Origin: Leucoraja ocellata
Lineage: Eukaryota
Direction: 5' to 3'
Length of the DNA: 64,000 nucleotides
NCBI GenBank assembly: GCA_036785375.1
Contig: JAWMAR010000061.1
Span: forward strand, 8,928,001 to 8,992,000
Positions 48,227 to 60,054 of this stretch are shown in pieces. Position 1 is the stretch's first letter; each line of letters opens with the position of its first letter. The position numbers were made by a program, and so were the translations under genes. The notes under the pieces are model-generated. The model worked only from the letters and a program-made list of their open reading frames with translations. It had not been told where the DNA came from and made no database searches.

Positions 48227-49941
48227 GTAAAAGGAGCACGGATGTGGGCAAGTCCACAGACCCCTAAACTCTGCAGTTGTGGGGAAATATTTCTTATTGA
48301 AGCATTAAATCTCCTGCACCTGCCCAGGGTAGTCACGTCCCTCTTGCAGTGTGGCAGCCACAATTGTACATACTGCTCCATCTGTGCAAGTCTGTTCAAC
48401 CTGTCTTTTATAAAGTTGTATTATAACCTTCCTGTTCTTCCGTGCCCCAGCTGATGAAGGCAAACATCCCTTACATTGGTCTTACAACCTTTAAAGACCC
48501 TTGTAGTTGTACACTCACGACCTTTGTGTCTCCATACTCTTGGGTTCAACCATTCATTGTGTTTGCCCTTGTCGTACATCCCCTCACATTTATCATGATT
48601 AAATTCTATCAGCCATTGCTTTGTCCATCGTAACAAAACTGATCAATGTTGTCCTGTATTCTACTGCTTTCCTCCTCTCGAGCAACGTTTGTGTCACCTG
48701 TAAACTTCGACATTCATATCCAAATATAAATACGGTAACCCCTGCTATAACAGACCACATGGCAGGAGACGATGTCTTGCTGATTGTCCACTATAACCGA
48801 ATAAGGGGGTTCATTTGTGCAGTACTATTGGGGAAAAACAGGCAATAAACATACACCACGCAGTAAAGGACACAAATACCCTGGGACAGCATGGCGGTAC
48901 AGTTGCTACTCCATCCTGACCTTGGGTGCTCCCAGTGGCAGTGTGGGTTTCTTCCTGGGTGCTCCAGTACACTGGCTCTATCCTACACTGAGTTGTCCCT
49001 AGTGTGTGGGATGGAGCTGATGTGCCTGGAGGGGTGGGGGGTCGGGATCGGGACGCGGTGGCGACTGCCGGTGGTTTGCGCAGCTCGCCGAGGCCAGTTG
49101 GGCTACAGGCCTGCGTGTCGTTGCTGTGGGGGTGGGGCGGGGCACCCTGGGGAAACCCACGCTGTCACAATGTCTGTGCCGTTGCAATGCGGGAGGAATG
49201 ATAGAACCATTGCAGTTGTTCAATCCTGCACACTGTCCCTAGCATGTAGGATAGAACTAGCTGGTCGCCGCTGACTCGATGTTTCTATGCTCTCTCTCTA
49301 AACTAAGCTAAACAAGAATGGTTCAAAAACCCCATTTACTCCATCTACCTAGTGGTTATTCCGTGTAACAATGAAATTGGTCTGCAACAGATTCAGTCTG
49401 CTAAAACCAAAATCCATTATAAAGTGGTCGGTTAAAATGAGGGTATATACCTATACTTATAAATACCTTTGTTGTACTTCACAGCAGCAAGGGTAGCGAC
49501 ACTTACCGCTGTCCTGCATCACTGGTCACAGGTTTCCAGTCACAAAAACACCCCTCAGTCTTCACCTTCTACCTCCTATTAACAACCCAATTGTCATTCC
49601 AATTTTTGGTTTGATGTATAAGTAAATACCTGCCACAGATACCATTCGCCCTGCATCAGAGAACGCTATTGGGGAAAGAACGTTGGACAAGCCATTGTGT
49701 GTGCCCTCAGCTCTGCAAGTATGCCAAGACGTGTCTACAGCCACCTACCTGATGGATAAACATGCAACTTTTGGCCGTCACCACTTGGTTTGGATTATAA
49801 TTCTTGAGTTGTGGGTATTGCTGGTAATTATTGCCCATCAGCTTCTATCAAGTGGGTCATCTTCAAATGCTGAAATATGTATCAGGTCTTCAACATGGCT
49901 TTCTCATTTGCCATCGCTGAACCAGTCTGTTTCTGGTCGGT

Positions 49942-50030
49942 GGTTACACAAAAAAGCTGGAGAAACTCAGCGGGTGCAGCAGCATCTATGGAGCGAAGGA
50001 AATAGGCAACGTTTCGGGCCGAAACCCTTC
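49942..50030 (-). mobile_element. Young Penelope-terminus micro-insertion with 16-bp TSD
   Basis: TSD TCTGTTTCTGGTCGGT at 49926-49941 and 50031-50046. Nearly identical to the 33749 copy. Confidence 0.9.
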
Positions 50031-50319
50031 TCTGTTTCTGGTCGGTTTTGTTTACGTACATGAACTTGGAAGTATGTGTTTCGAGGAATGTACAAACTTA
50101 AATATTGGTGTAACACTGAGTATATATTTGTGCAAATAGACTTTTGTCATTAAATACTAAATTCATTTCAAGATTCTTTTGTCGGGAGCTTGAAATCTAT
50201 TGACATCACAAGCTTCAAATGTCATCCTTGTAACAGCAGAGCTTTGAAATAGTTTGTGTAGTAATCGTGATGTTGCAAGAGGTAAAGGGTTTACCGCTCT
50301 TCATTCACAATATACAATA

Positions 50320-50520
50320 GAAAACAGACAATGCTGAAAGTACTCAGCAGGTCAGGCTGCATTGATGGAAAGAGAAACGGCCAATGTTTCAGGTTTAAGA
50401 CCCTTCATCAGAACTGAGACGTTAACTGTTTCTCTTCCCATAGATGTGACCTGACCGCTGAGTATTTACAGCATTTTCTGTTTTTATTTCAGGTTTCCCA
50501 GCATCTCCAGCGTTTTGATA
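50320..50520. mobile_element. Older Penelope-terminus inverted pair
   Basis: The tactcagcaggtcagg and cctgaccgctgagtat arms are inverted. CTGATGAAGGG...GAAACATT lies on the minus strand. Similar remnants occur near 26275, 29170, 31500, 47098, 53575 and 62454. Confidence 0.7.
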
Positions 50521-50805
50521 TCGATTACCATTCTTCATATTCCAACTAAGTGAGAGTAAAGCTGCTGACACATTGTGGATGGTACCTTATGAATAGCATT
50601 TGCTTATCGCCTTGCTCTAATTTCTGTTGAAATACTTAATCATTACTCTTAATTGGAAATCTACCTATGTGAAGTAGAAAGATAAGTGCAGAAGTATAAG
50701 TTGGTTTACTTGGCTGCACGGATGTGATGATAGAAAAATAATGGTAAATGAAATGTATAACCGTTCCCAGCAGCTGAGTTTCTCTGCTGTATGTTTCTTT
50801 GGCAG

Positions 50806-51066
50806 CGTTCACGAGCGGCTCTCCAGCGATACCTCTTCTACTGCAACCGCTACATGAATCACATGCAAAGTCTGCGATTTGAGCACAAGCTCTATGCTCA
50901 AGTCAAGCAGAAGATGGAAGAGATGCAACAACACAACATGTCTTGGATTGAGGTGCAATTCCTGAAGAAAGCTGTGGATGTCCTCTGCCAGTGCCGCGCC
51001 ACGCTAATGTACACTTACGTCTTTGCTTTCTACCTCAGAAAGAACAACCAGTCCATTATCTTTGAG
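50806..51066 (+). CDS. ARIH1: ARIH1 exon 12 ([16 protein letters not shown]...NNQSIIFE), Ariadne domain
   Basis: Acceptor tttggcag, donor GAG/gtatgc, 261 nt. Confidence 0.98.
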
Positions 51067-54000
51067 GTATGCCCCTTTCCACAGAAAGGTTCAAATCACT
51101 CTGTCTGAGCCTTTTAACAAACCTGCGAATGATTGATACAAGTAAATGTTTTGATGCAAGTAAACATTTTCAGGGACAGCTTGGCTATTTTGAAATTCAA
51201 GTCGAATGTGGACACAGGTTCTGTCGATAGAGGAGTGGCAATAGGAGCTACTGGAAAATATGCACCAGATTCAACATAAGTTAGTCCTCCTTCCATTCAT
51301 TCAAAGATCGTACTATACCAACAAGACCCATTGGGATTAAAGACATTTATAAATACCTTCTATTACTGTATTAAAAAGCCATTCCGACCACCCTTCTCCC
51401 CCTGATTTTCTGGTATGGAAATTGCATTGCTCTCCCCTTTTTAGGTCACAACATTTATTTTTGAGACCCAGATATCCATTGATCATTTTACTCTGATCCT
51501 TTGAGCAAATCTTATGATCACAACAATGGCAGGTCCATCTTGAATATTTTCATTACATGTAGTTCTGCTATGATCAAGCTTTCCCTCGGGCAAATTGGAT
51601 AAAATCAACAATGGATGAATTGGGAAAACTATTTGTTTTACACAGGCTGAATGGGTTGTAACATGATTTTGATCAGGAACCAAAGTGTCACTAGAGTTAC
51701 ATTGGAAATAGACAAGCAGAAAAAAATATGTTTTTGGAGAAAAAAACATCTTGTGGAAGCTCAACTGTTTCTATGTAACCACCCTGCAGTAATCAGACTT
51801 CATTGTCTCTTAAGAATACTTGCTGGGTGCTCATTGAAATTGACAAGCATTTGCCTCCATTGACACGTGTGGAGATATTCTATTAAACAACGTTATATGC
51901 AGCCTTTAGTGTTTTTAGCTTACAGTAACACAAATAAACTCAGAGCTATAAAAAATACCTTTAGTTTTGAAAATCCTGTGGGGAAAATGATCTTTGTTAT
52001 TGCAAGTCTGAAACACTCTTGCTCCTAACCCTATTTCTCGTCAGCGCAATTCTTGTTATAATGCTATTTTTTATAATTCAAGGTTTCTTAGAATGACAAT
52101 CATTCTTTTGTAGCAGAGCTATCTGTAGATGTATGAGATTTTGTATTCTGATCTTGATGCTAGAATCTTGGCAGGTGTTTAAGCAAAGCATTCATCTGGT
52201 TTGTGGGACCACCAGACTTGGTTCCATACGGCAGGAAATGATTTGGCCCATTGACTATGGATTGACCCTACTCGTAGCCAATCCGTTTTGTCTTAATCCA
52301 CACGCCTCTACACGTAGACCACAAATCCTTTTGCTTCAGATACTTATCCAGCTCTGTGTAGATGCTTCAGTTGAATGTGCCTCCACAGCTACCCCCAGCA
52401 GTGCAGTCCAAACCCCAACCGTTGGTTACCTAAAATATGTCCCTCCTCGGGTCACTCTACCAATCGACCTCCTTCTCCGTCATTGATTTTAATACGTTAA
52501 CCCATTCGCTCTTAATACGTTAACCCATTCATCCCCAGGATCATTCTGGACTCTCTTCAACTCCAGCCTGCTATCCAGACTCTTAAATGGAAGAACTCCA
52601 GACTCCGCTATCTTTAAGATCTCTATCTAACTCTCTCTTGAAAGCATCCAGAGAACCGGCCTAGCTTCCAGAGAACCTAAAGACTAGCTTCTCATTTTGG
52701 CCTGTCAATTCTACTATGTCTTATGACGTCCATGAAACCGAGCTGTCTGTAAATGCGACTGAGGAAAAATCATCTGACAACCACCTTGTGGGTGACCTTG
52801 CAATGCACTGTTGCTGTTATGAGGAGAACTGATTTAAATTTAAGCAGGTCTTGTGCTCATGAACATTATCCAAAGACGCTGTTAAATCCTTGCCCAGATA
52901 TAGATGGGATATTTTCCATCATTGATATCCCTTTAGGATTAAAATTGGTTCCTCCACAATGTCCCAGCTCCACAAACAATGTTTAGAAAGATCTCTGTCC
53001 AATACTAGCTCTAGCTGTCAGAGTTGGATGAGAATGTCACATTTCCCCACTTTGCATGATCTAGCTAGTGGAGAGGGAGCAAGTTAAAGATTCAGACTGT
53101 TCACCTTTCTTCACCTGAAGTGTTAACGATATCTCACTCCATTGATGCTGCCTGATCTACAGTATATTCCCAGCATCTGGAGTACTTTACTTTTGTTCCA
53201 TTGCAGATACAGTTTCTGCCTGCTGTCACCCCTTGAGATGACCAATACAAAGATGAAATGCTCATCTCTGATGTTGCCAGATTCTGAAAACTGTTCATTA
53301 AATGCTGTAAACCTGGAACTTGTGTAGATTGCTATACGTTCTTATCTCATTACCAAAGAGTGAGAGAAACAGCGTAATCTTATCATCTGAACTTTCATCG
53401 TTGAGCTGATTGACGTGCCTCTATTCATAGCCACTCCATCCTGTGACCCACACAATACAATTAAAAGTTACTTTGCATTGGATGCAACCAAATGAGCAAA
53501 AAGCAAAGTGTCATGTGAGTTTATTGTCATGTGTCCCTGATAGGACAATGACATTCTTGCTTTGCTTCAGCACACATAACAAGTGCTGGAGGAACTTGCT
53601 GGGTCAAGTATCATCGGTGGAAGAAAATGGACAGCTAACATTTTTTGTTCAGACTGATGGAATAGAGGGGAGGTAGCTGGTAGAACGAGGTATGGGGAAG
53701 GGGTGTGGATTGAGCTGGCAAGTGATAGGTGGATCGTGGTATGGTAGGGAGAGAAGAATGGAGAAAGTAACCAAGAGATGTCTGCAAATGTTCAACTTTG
53801 CAGTTTCATCAGCAAAAATGTGCACCATATCATCATGGGCCACCAAATTATCTAGTGGTACAGTGGTACTTGTACATTGAAACTCCTTTTATATACCGTT
53901 CAGTAAATATCTTGCTATACATAGACACAAGATTCGAGTACAAGAGTGTAAGATGGCGGGGACACTGTCAGAGTTGCAGGAGTCAGGTTGCCAGGCCATA

Positions 54001-54611
54001 TTGTCGTTACCCACCGCTGCTCCGTGCCACTGTAGGCCGCCTAATGCCCACCCAGCCACTTGCAACGATGCTGGATCTAAGTGAGCCCCAGGCTACTGCA
54101 GGGCCGCCTACGGCCCACATCTCCAACACAAGGTTTTGAACACGTCTAAACGCGCCATCCTACTGTACAGTATTGGTTTATTACTGTGTTGGGTACAGAG
54201 ATACCATGAAAAGCTTTGTTTGTATGCTGTCTAGTTGAATCAAAGTATACGTGGACATAATCTAGCCTTGCACGTATAACAGATAGCGGGGGGGGGGGGG
54301 GGGAAATACCCGAGTGTAGAATATTGTGCTGCAACATTGTAGCGTTGCTGTTACAGGGGAAAAGTGCAAGGTCGGAAGGTAGGTTGGAAGATCAGGACTA
54401 CACCCTAGCTAATGGGAGGACTGTTCAGTCATCTGATAACAGGGGAAGAAGCTATTTCAGAATCTGGTGGTACATGCCAGAAGGATTAAGAACTCCGTAG
54501 TTTGGCAATAGGAGGAAGTTTAATTTGTTATTACAATCCTTTGGCAGGATCAGAATACTGACGTCATTGCAGGGATACTTGATCTGCAAAACATGTGCTT
54601 CTCTCCCCCAG

Positions 54612-54724
54612 AACAATCAGGCAGACTTGGAGAATGCAACAGAAGTGCTGTCTGGCTATCTGGAGAGGGACATATCCCAGGACTCCTTGCAGGACATCAA
54701 ACAAAAAGTGCAAGACAAGTACAG
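54612..54724 (+). CDS. ARIH1: ARIH1 exon 13 ([38 protein letters not shown])
   Basis: Acceptor tcccccag, donor AG/gtgggt, 113 nt. Confidence 0.97.
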
Positions 54725-55392
54725 GTGGGTTGACATCATTGATGGACTTGATGTAGACTTGTTGTTGCGTCAAATGGCCTAATTCTACTCCTATGTCTTA
54801 TGATCTATTTGATCTAAATCTGAGGTGAAGGGGCATCTGTAAGTGTGTTTAGCCTGCCCGAGGTCCTTCAGTAGAGGTCTCTGTCAGTTTGCCAAGAAGG
54901 GGAACAATTGTTGCTCACAGTTTCATGATTTTGTCAAATGTCACTGGCAGTTTTACACTTAATCTTTTAATACTGTTTTTTTAAATTTCAATTATTTCCA
55001 TTAGGAAAACTGGGCTGATTAACATAAACTTGTTTTTTGTTAATGTGGGACATATCTTATACATTTAGTTTGCTTGTTAATAACTTATCATTTGAAATTC
55101 AGTTTAACTTATAACTTCTGTGCTGTAACTACATATTCAATGTTGTTTGTGTTAACACAGAACATGGAAAATTACAACACAGCAACAGGCCCTTCACAGT
55201 GAAACATTAAACCCAATAAATGCACTTTTGACAAAGAAGGAAAAAATGTTTTCTAATTTTACTGAATTTTAATTTATCATTAACCTTAGAATGCAAAATA
55301 AAATCCTTAAGCCATTGCCAATAGTGTCTGAAGATGTCAAGGTAGGCAAAAAGGCTAATATGTCTTCCTCCTAAATATTAGACTTCTGAATA

Positions 55393-56901
55393 CAGTGCAT
55401 TCAGAAAGCATTCAGACCCCTTTACTTTTGCCACATTTTGTTATGTTACAGCCTTATTTTAAAATGGTGTTTTTGCAAAGTAATTAAAAAGAAATTAACT
55501 GAAATATCACATTTACGTAAGTATTCAGAGCCTTTGCTATGACACTCAAAATTGAGCTTGGGTTCATCCTGTTTCCATTGATTATCCTTGAGATGTTTCT
55601 ACAACTTGATTGGTCCACTAGTGGTAAATTAAATTGATTGGACATGATTTGGAAAGGCCCACACCTGTCTATATAAGGTCCCACAGTTGACAGTGTATGT
55701 CAGAGCAAAAACCAAGCCATGAAGACGAAGGAATTGTCCGTAAACCTCCGAGACAGGATTGTGTCAAGACACAGAATTTCTGCAGCATTGCAGGTACAGA
55801 AGAGCACAGTGGCCTCCGTCGTTCTTAAATGGAAGAACTTTGGAACCACCAGGACTCTTCATAGAGCTGGCTGCCCGGCCAAACTGAGCAATCAGAGGAG
55901 AAGGGCCTTGGTCAGGGAGGTGACCAAGAAACCGATGGTCACTCTGACAGAACTCTAAAGTTCCTCAGTGGAGATGGGAGAACCCTCTAGAAGGACAACT
56001 ATATCTGCAGCACTCCACCAATCAGGCCTTTATGGTAGAGTGGCCAGACGGAAGCCACTCAGTAAAAGGCACATGACAGTCTGCTTGGAGTTTGCCAAAA
56101 GGCATGAGAAACAAGATTCTCTGGTCTGATGAAACCAAGATTGAACTCTTTGGCCTGAATGCCATTTGTCACTTCTGGATGAAACCAGGCACCGCTCATC
56201 ACCTGGCCAATATCATCCCTACGGTGAAGCATGGTGGTGGCAGCATCATGCGGTGGGGATGTTTTTCAGCGGCAGGAACTGGGAGACTAGTTAAGATCGA
56301 GGAAAGATGAATGGAGCAAAGTACAGAGAGATCCTTGATGAAAACCTGCTCCAGAGCATTCTGGACCCCAGACTGGGGCGGATGTTCACCTTCCAACAGG
56401 ACAACGACCCTAAGCACACAGCCAAGACATCGCAGGAGTGGCTTTGTAACAAGTCTGTGAATGTCCTTGAGTGACCCAACCAGAGTCCGGACTTGAACCC
56501 GATCGAACATCTGGAGGGACCTGAAAATAGCTGTGCATTGACGCTCCCCATCCAACCTGACAGAGCTTGAGAGGATCTGCTGAGAAGAATGGGAGAAATT
56601 ACCCAAATACAGGTGTGCCAAGCTTGTAGTGTCCTACCCAAGAAGACTTGAGGCTGTAATTGCGGCCAAAGGTGCCTCAATAAAGTACTGAGTAAAGAGT
56701 CTGAATACTTATGTAAATGTGATATTTCAGTGATTTCTTTATAATTACTTTGCAAAAAGTTCTAAACATCTGTTTTCGCTTTTTTATTATGAGCGATTAT
56801 GTGTAGATTGATGATAAGAAAAATAATTTAATCTATTTTGGAATGTAACGTAACAAAATGGGAAAAAAGTGAAGGGGTCTGCATACTATCTGAATGCACT
56901 G
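55393..56901 (+). mobile_element. Tc1/mariner DNA transposon, copy 1, full-length but defective (ARIH1 intron 13)
   Basis: TA-CAGTGCATTCAGAAAG...TCTGAATGCACTG-TA with long (~200 bp) TIRs. Transposase remnant at 55719-56691 with [20 protein letters not shown] and SPDLNPIEHL (DD34E-type), broken by stops and frameshifts. Confidence 0.95.
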
Positions 56902-57391
56902 TACCTAAAACTAGAGTGCATGGGTTTAGAATAAAGTGTAACATTTAGAGGAGCTCTAAGGGAGACCTTTTTCATTGAGGGTGGTTGGAGTCTGGAGTAT
57001 GTAGCTTGAGGGGGTTGTTGGAGGCAGAGGCTCTCAACATTAAACAAGTAACTGGATGAACACTTGAGTCACCATGGTGTTGAAGTGATGGTAAATGGAA
57101 TCATTGAAGATCTGCAGGGGTGGGGCTTGTTTGTGTGCTGTGTCACCGTGACTCTTCAACTTCAACATATCTGAAGTATGTGAGGAGCCATGTACAATCT
57201 AATGTTTAAAGTGTCTTATTGGGCCATTCAAATCTCCGTGTCTCTTCTCAGCGTACCTTAGATTTCTGCAGCTTGATTCAGACGCCACATTCCAGGTCGT
57301 GCCTTGCAACCAGTGTAAAGGATATTAATTCCCTGACCAAATAGCTCCAAGCTTCCCGCCTGAAAAGTTGCCTCTCTGTTCCCTTTCTCAG

Positions 57392-57476
57392 ATACTGTGA
57401 GAGCCGGAGGAAGGTGTTACTACAGCACGTGCATGAAGGCTATGAGAAAGACCTCTGGGAGTACATCGAGGACTGA
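57392..57476 (+). CDS. ARIH1: ARIH1 exon 14, coding part ([27 protein letters not shown])
   Basis: Acceptor tttctcag, stop TGA at 57474-57476. Confidence 0.97.
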
Positions 57477-58370
57477 GGCTCGGCTTGCATTGAACTGTCA
57501 ACCCGTTAGCAACAGAGTGCTGATGCAAATAAAGTGGGCGGCACTGGCCCTTGCAGACACTGCTGGAGTTCTACCCTACTTTTTGTTAATGGAAAGTTTA
57601 AGTAAATTATATTGTAATAAAAAAGTAGATAAAAACCACAAAATGTACAACAGTATTGTAAGTGGATGAAGGGTGTGACACACTAAAAAACCCTCCAGCT
57701 TTGATCTGTAATGTAGCTACATTCTGAGAGCTGAACCATCTTCTGTTTCCTTTCATTTATTCATTTTCCCTGTGTGTAGTAATTGAACTGACCTGGCTCC
57801 TCTTTTCCAGCCAGTCATTAATTGTATGTAGGTTCCCTGTTTGTGAATGTTGATTGGCTAATGTAAGGCAGCACTCTGGGGTTACCTTTGTATATGACTT
57901 TTAAAAGGAGGACACAGTATTTTTCAAATTGTACATAGCGCATATGCATGGTTGAGCGAGAGCAAGCGTGGCACGTGTTTGCATAATGTTTAATTACAAA
58001 AAAAATATTTATTCTTTAAAAACCTTCAAGAATATGTATATTTGCTGTGCAGTTTCTTTAGGTTTGTTAACCTTTGACCTCAGCGCTGTTAGTGGAATGT
58101 GGATTGAATTTTCTGCTCTTTGTCCTTCCCCTTTTAAAATGAAAAGCAAGTTTTTAACCTTGTGATATTCCATAGTACTAGTTGTCGACTCGAGCCGAGT
58201 CCTGGTGCTGTTGGGTTTCCCTAATGTTCACCGCTTCCCTCTTTTTCTCATTGCTTTTCTACTCTGCTACAGCTAACGCCAGTCACCTCCAGCTTCGGCA
58301 CAAGCCCCCAGTACTTTCTATGTTCACTGTTGCTGTATAAAAATAAAAAAAATACCTGTAAAATTGTACA
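57477..58370 (+). other. ARIH1 3' UTR (proximal part) with candidate poly(A) signals
   Basis: Repeat-free, AT/U-rich. AATAAA at 57528, 57616 and 58342. Pumilio-type TGTACATA at 57930-57937. The true 3' end cannot be determined and may extend to ~59.97 kb. Confidence 0.6.
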
Positions 58371-60054
58371 GATCTCGTCAGACAGTAGGAGTGATACAGA
58401 CATGTAACATTTGGAAGAGAGCAATGTTCAGCCTGTCTCTCCCCACACCACCAGTGCCCTGGATGATGATGGCTGCTGTCCTTGCTGAGTTCTGCCTGTA
58501 TTGCTACGCTGGGGTAGAGAGGTCAGGGTTGAAGGATCATTGCTTGAACTGCTGCGTTCCCAAGCAGCAACTAAACCTCTGCATCAAATATTGGGTAGTT
58601 CTAATTTATTGTGTCATTTAATTCATTATATCAAAGAAAGTTGTCTGAGATTAAGACCAGGCATTGGATTCCTTAACCCTATGCTATAGAACGTTTATTT
58701 TGTTTCTCCTTTTGTTGCACTGGGACAATGTATTGTCAAATTCTCAAACAATGAAAGAATTGTAGCTGTAATGGATGAATCCATGACAAACTTACACAGT
58801 TGTAAAACTTGAATACTGCAAAGCATTTACTGACGATAAAGGTTTAATTTGGGTAATCCTTGCGTGGCTTCCAGTGCTTGTGAGATGAGAGTGTGGAGCA
58901 GGGCAAAGAAGAAGCATGAACTTCTCAGCCATCATGTGTAGCTCACAGACATGATTGTACTCAAATTGGGAAGCATGCTTTTAATCTGTACTGTATTCTA
59001 CAAACGAGAAGGGTTGTGGACTTGTCTGGGAGTTCATGGTTTTGACTACTCTGCAATCTCCAGTGTTGCTGTTGACTTTGCGTTGGAATGTGATGTCACC
59101 TAGAAACGCAAGTAGAAAAAAAGTATTTGTGTCTGGAATGCTCAGTGTTTCATCTTGTACTGCGTTGTTGCCCAGTTGATGGGGAAAGTACATTCCTGTT
59201 AGAAACCAGTCCCGATGAGAGTAAATAGCAGCGACTGTTTGGCAAATGGAGATCCATGTGTTTGACCTTACCATGCAAACCCAGCAGGAAGCTGAGCGTC
59301 ATCGCTCACTGAAGTCATCAACCCTATTTTCTGAAATATTCAGGGTTGCTTACAAAACGGAAAAGCTGACAAATTAGCCTTGCCTGCAGGAATACTCTAT
59401 GAATTAAGCCAAGGCCACCTGTGGCACTTTCACTTGCTATCAGAAGGTACAGAAGCTTCTGCTTGCATGATGTGCTGTGTTCCTGTTGTTTATGGGTTCA
59501 TCTGTCTAGGAGTTTTAAGCAGTTTAGGTTTGCTGGTAATTCAGTGTTAAGCACTGAAGTGACAAAGAGGTGTATCATAGAAAATTTCTAACGGATGAGA
59601 AGGCCAGTGAGGTCTGTCCATGCCAAGAGATTGCACGAAAGGGGGGTTCTCTTTTGGGAAACACCTTGCCATTGGGTCTGCTCTGTCATACAGCGGATGA
59701 ACTGTTGTGGGTAGGGGGACTGACGATGCTAAAAATCCATTTCCATTCCACCTTTTCTTATGTGTCCTCCTTTCATCCAGGTCAGAACAGTTACTGAATG
59801 ATTATCATGGGATTAATACATCACACTGTTCTGAGGACATGTGGGTTTGGCACCAGCACAGTGAAACTTTAAACCCAATAAATGCACTTTTGACAAAGAA
59901 GGAAAAAATGTTTTCTAATTTTACTGAATTTTAATTTATCATTAACCTTAGAATGCAAAATAAAATCCTTAAGCCATTGCAAATGGTGTCTGAAGATGTC
60001 AAGGTAGGAAAAAAGGCTAATTTGTCTTCCTCCTAAATATTAGACTTCTGAATA

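Larger units (their letters stand above)
9560..57476 (+). other. ARIH1: ARIH1 gene, coding span (14 exons, 530 aa RBR E3 ubiquitin ligase: acidic/Gly N-terminus, UBA-like, RING1, IBR, RING2/Rcat, Ariadne domain)
   Basis: The exons splice in frame: 294+68+145+93+56+67+107+43+72+131+58+261+113+85 = 1593 nt. Every intron is GT-AG. The translation is recognisably near-identical to vertebrate ARIH1 outside the N-terminal low-complexity region. Confidence 0.98.

Noticed and set aside
52489-52530. Direct repeat TTAATACGTTAACCCATTC, two copies
   Set aside because: A simple local slippage duplication inside a decayed LINE fragment.
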